Assembly (NCBI GenBank): GCA_043816305.1
Contig: JBDRHZ010000001.1
Coordinates: forward strand, 839 to 64,838
DNA: 64,000 bases
Reading direction: 5' to 3'
DNA from: Patescibacteria group bacterium
GTDB lineage: Bacteria > Patescibacteriota > Dojkabacteria > JAHIVN01
Made by a program: the position numbers and the translations under genes. The notes under the pieces were generated by a model. The model searched no databases. It saw only the letters and a program-made list of their open reading frames with translations, and was not told the DNA's origin. This document shows positions 9,553 through 19,824 of this stretch, one piece after another; within the stretch, counting starts at the first letter, position 1; each line of letters begins with the position of its first letter.

Positions 9553-10647
9553 ATGAATCTTTCGATTGGAATAGTTGGACTTCCTAATGTCGGGAAATCA
9601 ACTTTATTTAATGCACTTACTGTAAACTCAGTCCCGGCAGAAAATTATCCTTTCTGCACGATCGAACCAAACACAGGAGTTATCCCGGTAAATGACAACA
9701 GGTTGAGAAAGCTGGCCAAAATCGAAAACAGTGAAAAGATCATTCCTGCAGTAGTCCAATTCGTCGACATAGCGGGGCTCGTGAAAGGAGCTTCAAAGGG
9801 TGAAGGACTAGGAAACAAATTTCTCTCACACATCCGAGAGGTTGATGCCATAGTTCAGGTTGTCCGCCGATTCAAAGATGATAAAGTAACACATGTAGAT
9901 AAGCAGGTCGATCCTAGAAGAGATATCGAAACCATAGAAACCGAGATGATAATCAAAGACACGGAGAGTCTCGAAAAAAAGATAGGGATACTAGAAAAAC
10001 AGGCAAGAACTGATAAAACTATCGGTGAACAAGTCGATCTTGCTAAATTGCTGCTGGATAATCTAAACAAAGGGACACTCGCACACGAAGTTGAAAAGCC
10101 TTCAGACAAAGATCTCAGACTGTTTCGAAAGGAACTCTTCCTGCTTACTGACAAGCCTATGATTTATGTCATAAATGAAGCCGTAGAAAAGATAAATTCA
10201 AAGTTATATGAAGAAATTCTAGAAGAGCTGAAACTAAGACAAGGACAAGCACTTATAATTCTTGATGCAAAGCTGGAGATTGACCTATCACAGCTTGCCG
10301 AAACTGAACAGGATGAAATGCTCAAAGAATTTGGCCTTGTAGAAAGACCTCTCGATAAGCTCATCAAAGCAAGCTACAAAGCTCTCGGGCTTATCAGCTT
10401 CTTCACAGCAGGAGAACAGGAAGCAAGGGCATGGACTATCAGTAATGGTGACACAATAATACAAGCTGCTGCAGTCATACACAACGACTTCGCTGAAAAT
10501 TTTATTGCTGCAGATATAGTAAAATATGAAGATTTCGTGACATATAATGGGTGGAGTAAATGTAAAGAAACAGGAAGAATTCGCCTAGTTGGAAGAGATT
10601 ACACAGTGAACGAAGGAGATGTTGTCTTGATAAGGCATAATACATAA
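9553..10647 (+). CDS. ychF: ribosome-binding ATPase YchF
   Basis: Contains the G1 motif GIVGLPNVGKSTLFNA, NYPFCTIEPN and DIAGLVKGAS. The coiled-coil insert and C-terminal TGS-like end are typical of YchF/OLA1. Confidence 0.95.
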   Translation: MNLSIGIVGLPNVGKSTLFNALTVNSVPAENYPFCTIEPNTGVIPVNDNRLRKLAKIENSEKIIPAVVQFVDIAGLVKGASKGEGLGNKFLSHIREVDAIVQVVRRFKDDKVTHVDKQVDPRRDIETIETEMIIKDTESLEKKIGILEKQARTDKTIGEQVDLAKLLLDNLNKGTLAHEVEKPSDKDLRLFRKELFLLTDKPMIYVINEAVEKINSKLYEEILEELKLRQGQALIILDAKLEIDLSQLAETEQDEMLKEFGLVERPLDKLIKASYKALGLISFFTAGEQEARAWTISNGDTIIQAAAVIHNDFAENFIAADIVKYEDFVTYNGWSKCKETGRIRLVGRDYTVNEGDVVLIRHNT

Positions 10648-10757
10648 GCTATACCGACTTAAAAACAAAAACTTCTTATATGTGTAAGTGATTTATAAGT
10701 CGAGTATATGCTAAATCTAAAACTTATTATGAAATTTCGTTTTGATTTAGCTATATA

Positions 10758-11828
10758 TCATGTCCGAAGTCCATCAAAAATGTTGTTCAGATTGGTTTTG
10801 GCATCGCTTGTATTCGGACCAAATATCACGGCATATTCGAGATAGTTCTCAATATTTTTAAACCCTTCTATAATATCAGTTTCCGAATTATTGTCTATCA
10901 CAAGCTGAACATAGACTTTGACAGAGGGATTATATCCTTTGAAAAGTTGATACTTCATGGAAACGGTAGCAACGAAAATATCCATCCCTGAGTTAGTAAG
11001 AATATTTTGCCCTTGAAATCCTACTCCATCTATTGTCGATATTACATCATCCAGCAAGCCTCTTGCCTCAAGGGTATCAAATAAGCTTTGTATCGGTCCC
11101 CAGGACGCTTTACGTCCTGAAGAATGGACTATCGTTGAAAATTCATTTAGAGATTCCACAACATTATTTCTCTCCGACAGAGGAGTCATCGATCCTTCCA
11201 TGTTATAGCTTATCCAAGTTACCGATGAAGGAATTTGACTGATGTACGTCTCCAGATCAGCAACAGATGAGAGACTCAATGACTTCACAATTCCCTTATC
11301 AATTCCATTTACCGAATTCAACTGAGAAATGGCTGTCGCAAATTTCTCAGCAGTTATAGGTACCTCTGGACTGTTTCGTATAGCTGTGGCATAAATCTTA
11401 TCCCCGCTCTTAAGTTTGCTCTTCACACTATCATAAAAATAGTATGATAAAACAATATTTTTATCAAAGGAGTATTTATCAGGTATTTCTCCGTCTTCTT
11501 TTTGTGGATCGTCAACCGGGTCAACATCATCAGATGAAGTTTTTGAGCTATTTTCACCCGACGCCGAGGTCTCATTTTCTTTACCCTCACTATCTTCATT
11601 ATCCCCCTGCTTGTATTCTTTTCCCTCGTCAACTTGAAAATTCTTTTCATTATTTTGTGGCACATTATCTGCCAGAAAATAATCATCTTTCTTCCAGAAA
11701 GAAATAGTTACTATGAATAATACACTACTCGTCAATATAATTATACTAAGACAAGTAAGCAGAATTAGCCGTTTATCAGTCCCGTCTACTTTTGCCTGTT
11801 TCAATATTTTAATCAAGTTCATAACCAT
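10758..11828 (-). CDS. membrane-anchored extracytoplasmic protein, unknown function
   Basis: An N-terminal TM anchor is followed by an acidic low-complexity linker (D/E/S/N rich) and then a ~230 aa globular domain. Confidence 0.6.
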   Translation of the reverse strand: MVMNLIKILKQAKVDGTDKRLILLTCLSIIILTSSVLFIVTISFWKKDDYFLADNVPQNNEKNFQVDEGKEYKQGDNEDSEGKENETSASGENSSKTSSDDVDPVDDPQKEDGEIPDKYSFDKNIVLSYYFYDSVKSKLKSGDKIYATAIRNSPEVPITAEKFATAISQLNSVNGIDKGIVKSLSLSSVADLETYISQIPSSVTWISYNMEGSMTPLSERNNVVESLNEFSTIVHSSGRKASWGPIQSLFDTLEARGLLDDVISTIDGVGFQGQNILTNSGMDIFVATVSMKYQLFKGYNPSVKVYVQLVIDNNSETDIIEGFKNIENYLEYAVIFGPNTSDAKTNLNNIFDGLRT

Positions 11829-12016
11829 ATTGTAGCAACATGAAGCACATATGAAAAGTAAAAAATAGCTAAATTATTATGCGTTCAGTAATCTATTTAA
11901 GTATTTAACGATTCAGTTTCCATAAAACTACTTATTTATATAATTGAACAGTTGCTTTTCGAAGTGAAAGATAATAAGATTACAGGTAGATGTAAGTCGA
12001 TTTTCAACTTATAAAA

Positions 12017-12790
12017 GTGATAAAACTAAATGATTTAACAAAATTTCTTGACGGCTATTTAAATTATGACATTTCAAGAAGTACAAAAGTTCTTGATGAG
12101 AAAAATGCTAATTGCCTCCAGGTAAAGGGAAGTGAAGAAATCGGCAAGATTGGATTTGGAGTCAGCGCGAGTCACAAACTTTTCCAGCTTGCAAAGAAAT
12201 TTGGATGTCAATGTCTTGTTGTTCACCATGGAATAAAGATGCCGGATAGTCCTCATTATGATTCGATATTCCAAAATAGAGTAAAATTTCTACTTGAGAA
12301 TGACATTTCTCTATTCGGTTACCACTACTTACTCGACTCACACCCCGAAGTAGGAAACAACGCACAGATTCTAAAGAACCTTGGAATTACAAGCAAGGAG
12401 AAATTAGTTGAATGGGGCTGGTACGGAAAACTGAAAACTGCGACTAAGCTCACAAATGTAGTCAAGAAATGTGAAAAGATGTTTGAACAAAAAGCCATTC
12501 TTTATAAATATGGAAAAAATACGGTAAAGAAGATCGGAGCTGTCTCTGGAAGCGGATCTCTTTCCGGAAGCGAGCTGCAATCAGTCATAGACCTCGATCT
12601 AGACTTGTATATCACAGGAACTCCAAACGAAAGCACACGAGAAATATATAGAGAATTAGGCTTAAATCTCATAGCTGGCGGACACTATGCAACCGAGACA
12701 TTTGGAGTAAAGGCACTGATGAAAAAAGTGAAACAAAAGTTCAAAAGCAGGGTAGACGTTGAGTATATAGAATTATGGAACGAGGTCTGA
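12017..12790 (+). CDS. NIF3-family dinuclear metal center protein (YbgI-like)
   Basis: 257 aa. The motifs VVHHG, FGYHYLLDSHPEVGNN and IAGGHYATETFG are typical of NIF3/GTP cyclohydrolase 1 type 2 homologs. GTG start. Confidence 0.85.
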   Translation: MIKLNDLTKFLDGYLNYDISRSTKVLDEKNANCLQVKGSEEIGKIGFGVSASHKLFQLAKKFGCQCLVVHHGIKMPDSPHYDSIFQNRVKFLLENDISLFGYHYLLDSHPEVGNNAQILKNLGITSKEKLVEWGWYGKLKTATKLTNVVKKCEKMFEQKAILYKYGKNTVKKIGAVSGSGSLSGSELQSVIDLDLDLYITGTPNESTREIYRELGLNLIAGGHYATETFGVKALMKKVKQKFKSRVDVEYIELWNEV

Positions 12791-12870
12791 TATCATTGGT
12801 AAGTAAATAATCCCCCACCCGTTTGTAGTAGCTCGTTGCTGCGTTAATAAATTGTAGTTGTAGCAGTATA

Positions 12871-12905
12871 AGTAGCTGGTTTGAACCTCTGTGTTCAAAC
12901 TACAG
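12871..12905 (+). repeat. REP-like hairpin, left copy flanking RayT
   Basis: The sequence agtagctggTTTGAACctctgtGTTCAAActac contains the palindrome GTTTGAAC/GTTCAAAC. A near-identical direct copy lies at 13497-13530. Confidence 0.75.
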
Positions 12906-12937
12906 GTCTCAGTAACTTAATAGCAAATTACACAACT

Positions 12938-13480
12938 ATGCCTACTCTATATATCGACAAAGAACTCAAAGACCGATGCTATTTCTTGACACTAACTGTA
13001 GTTGATTGGATAGATATCTTTACTTCAGAAAAGTACTTTACCTTCTTAGTAGAATCTCTTAAATACTGTCAGAGAAATCATAAGCTGAGAATCTTTGGAT
13101 ATGTATTTATGACTAATCACATACATTTACTAGTTCAATGCAGAGATATGATTAAATTTATAAAGAATTTCAAGAGCTATTCAACAAAACTTATCAAACA
13201 GATGCTTCGAAGTGACAACAGATATTACCTAACTTATTTAGTGAGACAGGCTGAATTGAACCGGAAAAGAGAGAAGTTCAGCATTTGGAACTACAAAAAC
13301 TGGCCGGTTCTTGTTGAAAGTGATTGCTTTTTTGAGCAGAAATTAAATTACATTCATTACAACCCCGTTGCAAAAGGATACGTAGAAGAACCCTCTGATT
13401 GGAAGTACTCATCTGCTAGGAATTATGAGAAGGATGATCACTCGATTATTGAAATAGATACTGACGGAGAACTAGACTGA
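12938..13480 (+). mobile_element. REP-associated tyrosine transposase (RayT, IS200/IS605 Y1 family)
   Basis: CYFLTLTVVDWIDIF...FGYVFMTNHIHLLV (HUH motif) followed by KYSSARNY (catalytic Tyr region). The first ATG is at 12938, and the track TTG start at 12881 lies inside the REP hairpin. Confidence 0.85.
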
Positions 13481-13496
13481 GATATAGTTTAAACCC

Positions 13497-13530
13497 AGTA
13501 GCTGGTTTGAACCTCCGTGTTCAAACCACA
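13497..13530 (+). repeat. REP-like hairpin, right copy flanking RayT
   Basis: The sequence agtagctggTTTGAACctccgtGTTCAAAccac differs from the left copy by about 2 nt. Confidence 0.75.
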
Positions 13531-13545
13531 AGGCCAAAGAAGCTC

Positions 13546-14367
13546 CTAGTACTTATACACCCCCTTCTTCAGCGCATTCCACAGCACACTGAAACTTATC
13601 TTTTCGTTCTCAGCTATGTATTTATCTTTGATAACTATCACGTAATCCTTCTCAAAGTTTAAGATGATCAATGTATCACCAAATACTATTTTATCTATAT
13701 GAGCAGTATCCTTTCTGCTAAGCTGAGGGCTTAAGAGAATTTGATAATCCTTTGCTTCGTACTGTTTCTTATATTCTCTTGCCGACTTCACATCTTCCAT
13801 AATTGCTCGCTCTTTGATCTTCATCTTATTGCGAAGCCGTATGTATTCTTTCAGATAATCTGGATCACGCGACAACCCGGAAAATTTGTCTGCCTCGCCT
13901 TGACACACATTTACCATTTCAAGGCCTTTCTCATTACACTCCTTCAAAACATCGAGTAAAACTTTTTTCATACTTTCAAAACCTTCATACAATCTAACAT
14001 CTGGCTTGTCGCTCTCGGACCGACTCCCTAATATATTTAAGTGATTCGAGATCTCTTTCAAGTTTTCTAGAGCCTCCTGCTTTTTAGCTTTTAAGTTTTT
14101 AAGCTTGTCAGTTATCATGTCAGGCTGCTCGGCAACCACATAGGTAGTTCCCTCTTCACTAATCGTTGAAATAAATCCCTCTCTTTTTAATCTATCTAGA
14201 ATATCATAGCAGGAAGACCTTGGCAGCAAAGAAGCTCTGGCGATCTCTTGAACCGTAGCTTTGCCCAGCTTTAGTGCTTCATAATAGAAGACTCCGCTTT
14301 CTTCAGAAAACCCAAGCTCTTTGAAGATGTTTTTGAGATAATTGGTCGTTTTACGCATTAACCACAA
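13546..14367 (-). CDS. TrmB-family HTH transcriptional regulator
   Basis: The N-terminal LGFSEESGVFYYEALKLGKATVQEIARASLLPRSSCYDILDRLKREGFI is a TrmB winged HTH. It is divergent from the 14488-16717 operon. Confidence 0.8.
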   Translation of the reverse strand: MWLMRKTTNYLKNIFKELGFSEESGVFYYEALKLGKATVQEIARASLLPRSSCYDILDRLKREGFISTISEEGTTYVVAEQPDMITDKLKNLKAKKQEALENLKEISNHLNILGSRSESDKPDVRLYEGFESMKKVLLDVLKECNEKGLEMVNVCQGEADKFSGLSRDPDYLKEYIRLRNKMKIKERAIMEDVKSAREYKKQYEAKDYQILLSPQLSRKDTAHIDKIVFGDTLIILNFEKDYVIVIKDKYIAENEKISFSVLWNALKKGVYKY

Positions 14368-14487
14368 TTCTACAATCTAAACTCTGCACCCTACGCTCTG
14401 TATTCTACATTATACTACACTGTTGTCGAGTTTGTCGACACGCTTACACGTTATAAAATTCATTTGTTAAAATCTTTATAGTAACCA

Positions 14488-15387
14488 ATGGAAGCAGGAT
14501 CGCCATTCACAACTAGAGTTATGATCGAACCTGGAACTCACCGAACAGTCGCCTCTATCTATAGACAAGCTAGAACTGAAGTTGTTGTACATAAATTCAG
14601 AGACGGAACAGCCATAGAGGTTCCGTCTATTAATAAAGCCGAAGTGATGAGACACATTATTCAGGCATTAGAAGAAACAGGCATTTGGAAGAATAGAATC
14701 CCTGCTATATTAAGCGAAGTTCAGAGAGAACAAGTCGTTGAGCTTGCAGGACACATAGTTATTGATCAATCAAGAGTTTACTGTGGAAAAGAAGCAAAAG
14801 AGGTTAGTAATGCAGAAGATCCGATATTAGCAAAAACTGAACTTGCTTTTCTTATCGACTATATAATAAAGCCAATAAATCGCCCAGCTTCCCCTAGAGT
14901 TCCAGAACTTTTCACTACGGCTATTATGGAACTGGGACAGGTTCCTGTTAGTCTTTCAAAAGTTGCTAGAGCCATCTATAGAGGACTTGAGGCAGCTAGA
15001 AATTGTACTGTTTGCGAGCAAGTAAATGCTGTTGTGGGAGCACAAATACATGTTGCGGCCTCTATACTGACATTATACATGGATATCAAAAAAGCTCCTT
15101 CGCTTGATAAGACAGGGGCAGATCTATACCTCAATAGTAGTGTTATTGAAGCTTCGAACCCCCAAATGGTAATTGCTGTCGATGCGTTTATAGTTACCGT
15201 ATTACTAAGTGCAAAACATTTTGAGACATTATTTAGATTTTTTGATTCTCAAGTCGAAATTGACGGAGAGTGGATGACTTACTTTGATATGGAACTTGAT
15301 ACATATCCAGGTTTTTTACTTCTCGAGTATTCTAGAATACCAGAGCCTTACGCAACTAAACTTAGAAACATCACCACAATCAAATGA
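14488..15387 (+). CDS. hypothetical protein (299 aa), compositionally atypical orphan
   Basis: Long ORF. Its stop overlaps the start of the downstream methyltransferase (ATGA). It is richer in A/V/R/E/P than the K/N/I-rich neighbours. No motif recognised. Confidence 0.65.
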   Translation: MEAGSPFTTRVMIEPGTHRTVASIYRQARTEVVVHKFRDGTAIEVPSINKAEVMRHIIQALEETGIWKNRIPAILSEVQREQVVELAGHIVIDQSRVYCGKEAKEVSNAEDPILAKTELAFLIDYIIKPINRPASPRVPELFTTAIMELGQVPVSLSKVARAIYRGLEAARNCTVCEQVNAVVGAQIHVAASILTLYMDIKKAPSLDKTGADLYLNSSVIEASNPQMVIAVDAFIVTVLLSAKHFETLFRFFDSQVEIDGEWMTYFDMELDTYPGFLLLEYSRIPEPYATKLRNITTIK

Positions 15388-16082
15388 ATATAAAAATAGA
15401 CACGCAAGGTATCGAATACAAAACAATTGCAAACAACATTAATTTCAAAAATAAGGCGGTTCTCGAAATCGGCTGTGGAGATGGATCGTTTAGCATCAAG
15501 TTTGAAAAGATCTGTAAAAGCTGGCTTGGAATCGATATAGATTCAAAGGGAATAATGAAGGCTCGCAAACAAAACACTCCAAAAATGAGATTTGAACAAC
15601 AAAACTTTCTAGCATCGAGATTGAAAGCAAATTTCAACATCATCTTTATGAGGCTGTCATTTCATGAGATTGGTGAATCCAACATGGAGAAAATCTTGCT
15701 GAAGTCAAAGTTGCTTCTGAAAAGAAATGGGAAAATTGTCATAGTTGACCCTCAATTTGGATCTGAGCTGCAAGAATTATTCAATTACTTCTATAAAGAG
15801 GAAGAAATTGAGCATGATAAGCGACTCATAAAATCCAGAGAAGTTTTAGATGAACTAATAGCTGAAAACACATTAAAATCAACTCGGTTTTTTCAATACA
15901 ATGTTTCTTATACTTTTACTGACTTTCGTTCTCTAATAGAATTTATAAGTCAGTATTGGAACTTCCCCAAAGAGTCTGTCAAACAAGCAAAAGAAAACAT
16001 TAGAAAAGCTCTCGGGACTAAAGCACAAAACAAGCCTTTAACAGTTTACGATCAGATGAACTTATTTGTTTTATCAACCTAA
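15384..16082 (+). CDS. class I SAM-dependent methyltransferase
   Basis: Motif I VLEIGCGDGSFS is followed by motif-II/III-like FNIIFMRLSFHEI and GKIVIVDP. Confidence 0.8.
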   Translation: MNIKIDTQGIEYKTIANNINFKNKAVLEIGCGDGSFSIKFEKICKSWLGIDIDSKGIMKARKQNTPKMRFEQQNFLASRLKANFNIIFMRLSFHEIGESNMEKILLKSKLLLKRNGKIVIVDPQFGSELQELFNYFYKEEEIEHDKRLIKSREVLDELIAENTLKSTRFFQYNVSYTFTDFRSLIEFISQYWNFPKESVKQAKENIRKALGTKAQNKPLTVYDQMNLFVLST

Positions 16083-16717
16083 TGCCTATCATCATAAACC
16101 ATAACCTATGCGATGAAGCTCCTGAGTGTGGAGGGATCGAAGTCTGTCCCAAAAAAGCCTTCTATTTTGATAAGAAAAAACAGCGTGTGTGCGTAGATCA
16201 CTCGAAATGTACTGAATGCCTCAAGTGCACCCTGCCCGACTGCTGTCCTGTAGGGTGTATTCTCTATGCAAGAAACAAGTCAGAAGAGAAAAGAATCAGA
16301 AATAGAATCAAAGAAGATCCAAGGACTGCCAAATGGCTTTGGAAAGAGAGATACGGTTGCCAGCCGGGTAAAACTCCACCAAAAGCAAAGATCATTACAG
16401 ATAAGAATTTCGATAAAGTTAAGATCACAAAAGGGTTTAAACTTATCGATATCTGGCACTATGACTTTCTTGATTGTAGAGCCTATTCAGTCCTATTTGA
16501 AGAACTATGTGAAGAAATAACAAAAGCTCCTGACATATACAAGCTGGATGCTCGGAAATTTCCTGACATATCGAAGAAACTTAGAGTGAAAATGCTCCCT
16601 GCTCTGTTGTTACTCAAAGATGAAAAAGAAGTTTACAGATTTGAGGGACTTTTAAAGGATAGCATGTGTCGGAAGGTGAATAAGGTAATAGGTTCTGTTC
16701 TCAATAACAGAAAATAG
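16082..16717 (+). CDS. 4Fe-4S ferredoxin domain fused to thioredoxin-fold domain lacking CxxC
   Basis: The N-terminus has Cys clusters (CDEAPECGGIEVCP ... CTECLKCTLPDCCPVGC). The C-terminal half has a thioredoxin-like pattern (KLIDIWHYDFLDCRAY...MLPALLLLKDEKEV) with no WCGPC. TAATG overlap with the upstream gene. Confidence 0.6.
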   Translation: MPIIINHNLCDEAPECGGIEVCPKKAFYFDKKKQRVCVDHSKCTECLKCTLPDCCPVGCILYARNKSEEKRIRNRIKEDPRTAKWLWKERYGCQPGKTPPKAKIITDKNFDKVKITKGFKLIDIWHYDFLDCRAYSVLFEELCEEITKAPDIYKLDARKFPDISKKLRVKMLPALLLLKDEKEVYRFEGLLKDSMCRKVNKVIGSVLNNRK

Positions 16718-16733
16718 CTATATGATCTTATGA

Positions 16734-17123
16734 TTACGAATTCGGTGATGCCAGGTTATATATTTCCTTAACTTGAATCACAACCGCTGCCTTATGAGCA
16801 AGTCCCTTATTCTCTTTCATTCTATCTACTACTTTCTTCCACTTCCCCCTTGTGCAGTACCTCGCTGTTCCCTTGAACTGCCAGCCCTTAGTTCCTTTTG
16901 GACTCCAGACGGCCATTGAAACCATGCTGTTGTCCAAGAGATTCTTCCTTGTCTTACCAAAAAAGTTATCAGTAATAAGTATCTTGTCTTCTGCTACAAC
17001 TTTCACACATGATACTGCTACCAGATTTGGCCTGCATCTTATACTGCTAGTCGAGAATGATACAATGCTGTTCTCCAGCAGTCTCTTCTGTTCGGTTGTA
17101 ATAAGTGTTTTCATAATAGCCAC
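16734..17123 (-). CDS. pyridoxamine 5'-phosphate oxidase-family FMN-binding protein
   Basis: 129 aa with a split-barrel pattern: PNLVAVSCVKVVAEDKILITDNFFGKTRKNLLDNSMVSMAVW. Confidence 0.7.
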   Translation of the reverse strand: MAIMKTLITTEQKRLLENSIVSFSTSSIRCRPNLVAVSCVKVVAEDKILITDNFFGKTRKNLLDNSMVSMAVWSPKGTKGWQFKGTARYCTRGKWKKVVDRMKENKGLAHKAAVVIQVKEIYNLASPNS

Positions 17124-17216
17124 AATATGTTATTATTTCTGACAAGATTATCTCAATTAAGTGGGCAAATCAGCAACATGTTGTCACAAATGTCGACACA
17201 GTTAATAAAAAGGTGC

Positions 17217-17981
17217 ATGAAGAATCTCGAGTATACGGAGGAACATGCACTGACTTACTTAGCAAGCTTACGTCTAGGATCAGCCCCTGCATCATCTATT
17301 GCGAAAGAGGCAGAAATTGCTAGAAGCACAACCTATAATCTTCTAAGCGACCTCTCAAAGATTGGACTTGTATCTATCGTTGAAGGTGAGCGGAAAAAGA
17401 TATTCACTCCGAATCCTCCTGAAATAATACATGAACTCCTTAAACAGAAGAAACTTGAGCTAAGGGATAATATCACTAAGTTTGAAGACGAGCTCGATGA
17501 GCTCAATACCTTATACAAATCCCACTCACCGAACTTTCCCAAAGTATCTTATTATGAGGGGGAAAAAGGTCTTAAGACTGCTCTATATGATACACTCGTG
17601 ACTGATTCCGAGTCGTTGGCAATCTGCCAGGGACACGAGTCGGGCAAGAAATCTGTTATGGATGAACCCCAGTTCCTGGCAGATTATATGGAGCAGGAAA
17701 GAATACGAAAGATCCGCTTAAGACAACTTTTACAAGATAATTCCGTAAACAGAGATTACAAAAAAAGTACCGAATCAAAAGACAATCAGATAATATTGAT
17801 ACCGCCAGAGCCGATTATCAAGATTGATCATGTCGATAAATGCATTTATGCAAATAAAGTCTCGTATATTTCTCATGATAATATGATCGCAGTAATAATC
17901 GAGGATAAATCTATAGCAAATGCCGAAAGAGCACTATTTGAAAGACTTTGGAGATTCTACTCAAAACGTAAAAGTAAATAA
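17217..17981 (+). CDS. TrmB-family HTH transcriptional regulator
   Basis: LEYTEEHALTYLASLRLGSAPASSIAKEAEIARSTTYNLLSDLSKIGLV. I prefer the ATG at 17217 (MKNLEY) because the track start at 17127 would leave no promoter space next to the divergent gene ending at 17123. Confidence 0.75.
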   Translation: MKNLEYTEEHALTYLASLRLGSAPASSIAKEAEIARSTTYNLLSDLSKIGLVSIVEGERKKIFTPNPPEIIHELLKQKKLELRDNITKFEDELDELNTLYKSHSPNFPKVSYYEGEKGLKTALYDTLVTDSESLAICQGHESGKKSVMDEPQFLADYMEQERIRKIRLRQLLQDNSVNRDYKKSTESKDNQIILIPPEPIIKIDHVDKCIYANKVSYISHDNMIAVIIEDKSIANAERALFERLWRFYSKRKSK

Positions 17982-18020
17982 TACTGCTACATGTTACCAG
18001 ATACCTGTTCCCTGCTACAG

Positions 18021-19511
18021 TCACTTCCCCCTAACCACAATCGCTATATCATCTTCGTTGATTCTCACATAAGCCGCCTCGTCACCTGGTGTAATAGGCA
18101 CTCCCAGATCCTTAGACAAGATTGCCAGTGTTTTCGCCTTCTCTCCATTCGTAAAATCATAGATAACAATATCCGCATCAGCCTGAATATTCGCCAGATA
18201 CTGGCTTTCATTTAGAACTATCGGAAGTTCATTATTCTTTATAGCTTGGTACTTGTCATTATTTAGATTTGGCTGCCAGGAGGAATCATAATTTCTTGCA
18301 TACACAAAAACGCTTGCACCTTCAATATAAATCTCGGGGTACTTTATTATCTTATGAATATAATCTTTGACACGGCAGAATTCATTGCCTTCACCGCACT
18401 CGGCCCAGTGAGTCGGAACCATGTAATAAGGTCCGCCAAATCTATCATGCGGGATCTTATTTAGGAATACCTCTTTTCCTCCAAAGCTCGGATCCAGAAC
18501 AATATGAGTAATATCGCTTTCATCAAAATCCCGTGCTAGGTTTAGTGCCGCCCGAATATCTTCCACACTTAGTTCGCTAAAAAGGGAATTCTTCCGAAAA
18601 GCTTTGTACAACGAAAATAGTTTTTGGGGATTTGATAAAGTATCAGAAGAAAGAATCCGATCCTTTACTGCTGAAATCACCTGCTGCTGTCTTTCCGCAC
18701 GTGCAAAGTCAGAGCTGTACTTTCTGCTTCGTGCATACTTCAAAGCCGTTTCTGAAGTGAGAAACTGATGGCCTTCAGGAAAGTAAACATTTTCCCAGCC
18801 GTGATCATTTACCGGGTATAATTCGTACACCGGCGCATCTATGTCTATCCAGATCCCCCTCTCTCCAGCTTCATTTGTATCACCGACTGCGTCTATGATA
18901 TCTACAAAAGCGTCAAGCGATATAAAGGCATAATAGTGCACCTGAATGCCTGTTATCCCTTCTACAACTTCTGACAGAGTCTGCACTCCCCCGCCTGGGC
19001 AATTAGCCGACTGTCCTTTGTCATAAACCCAGTGCAGACTTCCATGAAAGTCCAGACAATCTTCGCGGATATCAACCCCCAAATCTCTTGGTATGGAAAT
19101 CATAGAGACTTCTCCGCTAGTGTGGTCATACACCATTTGCATTATCGTGTCAGCATTTCTCGTTCCAGCCTGTCCCTCAGGGCTAGTGGTGATAAATTCA
19201 TCACCGGTAAATTCTACACTCCTTGTATCTATACCTACCACCAATATTGACGTCAGATTTTCATCCTGCGCGAGCTGAGGCTCCCATATCGAGGTAACAA
19301 GATCAGATCCCGATTCAAACACCTGATTCACCTTTTCCATAAGCTTGTAGCCGATAGCGTCTGCCCCTCTTGCCTTATATTCGGCAACAAGAAATACATC
19401 AACCACAATAAGCAAAATAAACGATATAAGCAGTGCAAACCTGCCCTTTCTAAGCTTTACAGTTTTTTTTACTTTTTTACCTGATAATTCAGAGTATTTT
19501 ACTCTTTTCAT
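18021..19511 (-). CDS. LytR-CpsA-Psr (LCP) family cell-envelope phosphotransferase
   Basis: An N-terminal TM anchor is followed by ILVVGIDTR...RNADTIMQMVYD...SMISIPRDL, the LCP core motifs. Confidence 0.85.
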   Translation of the reverse strand: MKRVKYSELSGKKVKKTVKLRKGRFALLISFILLIVVDVFLVAEYKARGADAIGYKLMEKVNQVFESGSDLVTSIWEPQLAQDENLTSILVVGIDTRSVEFTGDEFITTSPEGQAGTRNADTIMQMVYDHTSGEVSMISIPRDLGVDIREDCLDFHGSLHWVYDKGQSANCPGGGVQTLSEVVEGITGIQVHYYAFISLDAFVDIIDAVGDTNEAGERGIWIDIDAPVYELYPVNDHGWENVYFPEGHQFLTSETALKYARSRKYSSDFARAERQQQVISAVKDRILSSDTLSNPQKLFSLYKAFRKNSLFSELSVEDIRAALNLARDFDESDITHIVLDPSFGGKEVFLNKIPHDRFGGPYYMVPTHWAECGEGNEFCRVKDYIHKIIKYPEIYIEGASVFVYARNYDSSWQPNLNNDKYQAIKNNELPIVLNESQYLANIQADADIVIYDFTNGEKAKTLAILSKDLGVPITPGDEAAYVRINEDDIAIVVRGK

Positions 19512-19824
19512 GAAAACCTCCTGAGTAAATATAGAGGAGTTTAGGCAAAATGTCTAGAATAAGTTTAAAAGTCTAAATAACCCCCGACCCTACTCAAAAT
19601 AAGTGTTCGACAACTGTAGTCTAATATATTATCCCTAGTCAAGTATTATAACGGAAGATTCTTGTCTATGTAACTTCTTAGCAAATCTGTTTGTCTCAAA
19701 TTATCATTACATTGATCGTACATTTATCGTTCATAATAAATCCTTTATTATCATACCCAAAGGCTTCTCAGTTCGTAAGTTCTCAGCCCTTTTCTCCAGT
19801 TCAAAACTCCATTATAATATCTAT

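Noticed and set aside
16266-16520. Alternative-frame ORF within the ferredoxin/thioredoxin-like gene
   Set aside because: It is fully nested in a longer ORF that has recognisable Cys-cluster motifs. It is a Lys/Ser-rich frame artefact.
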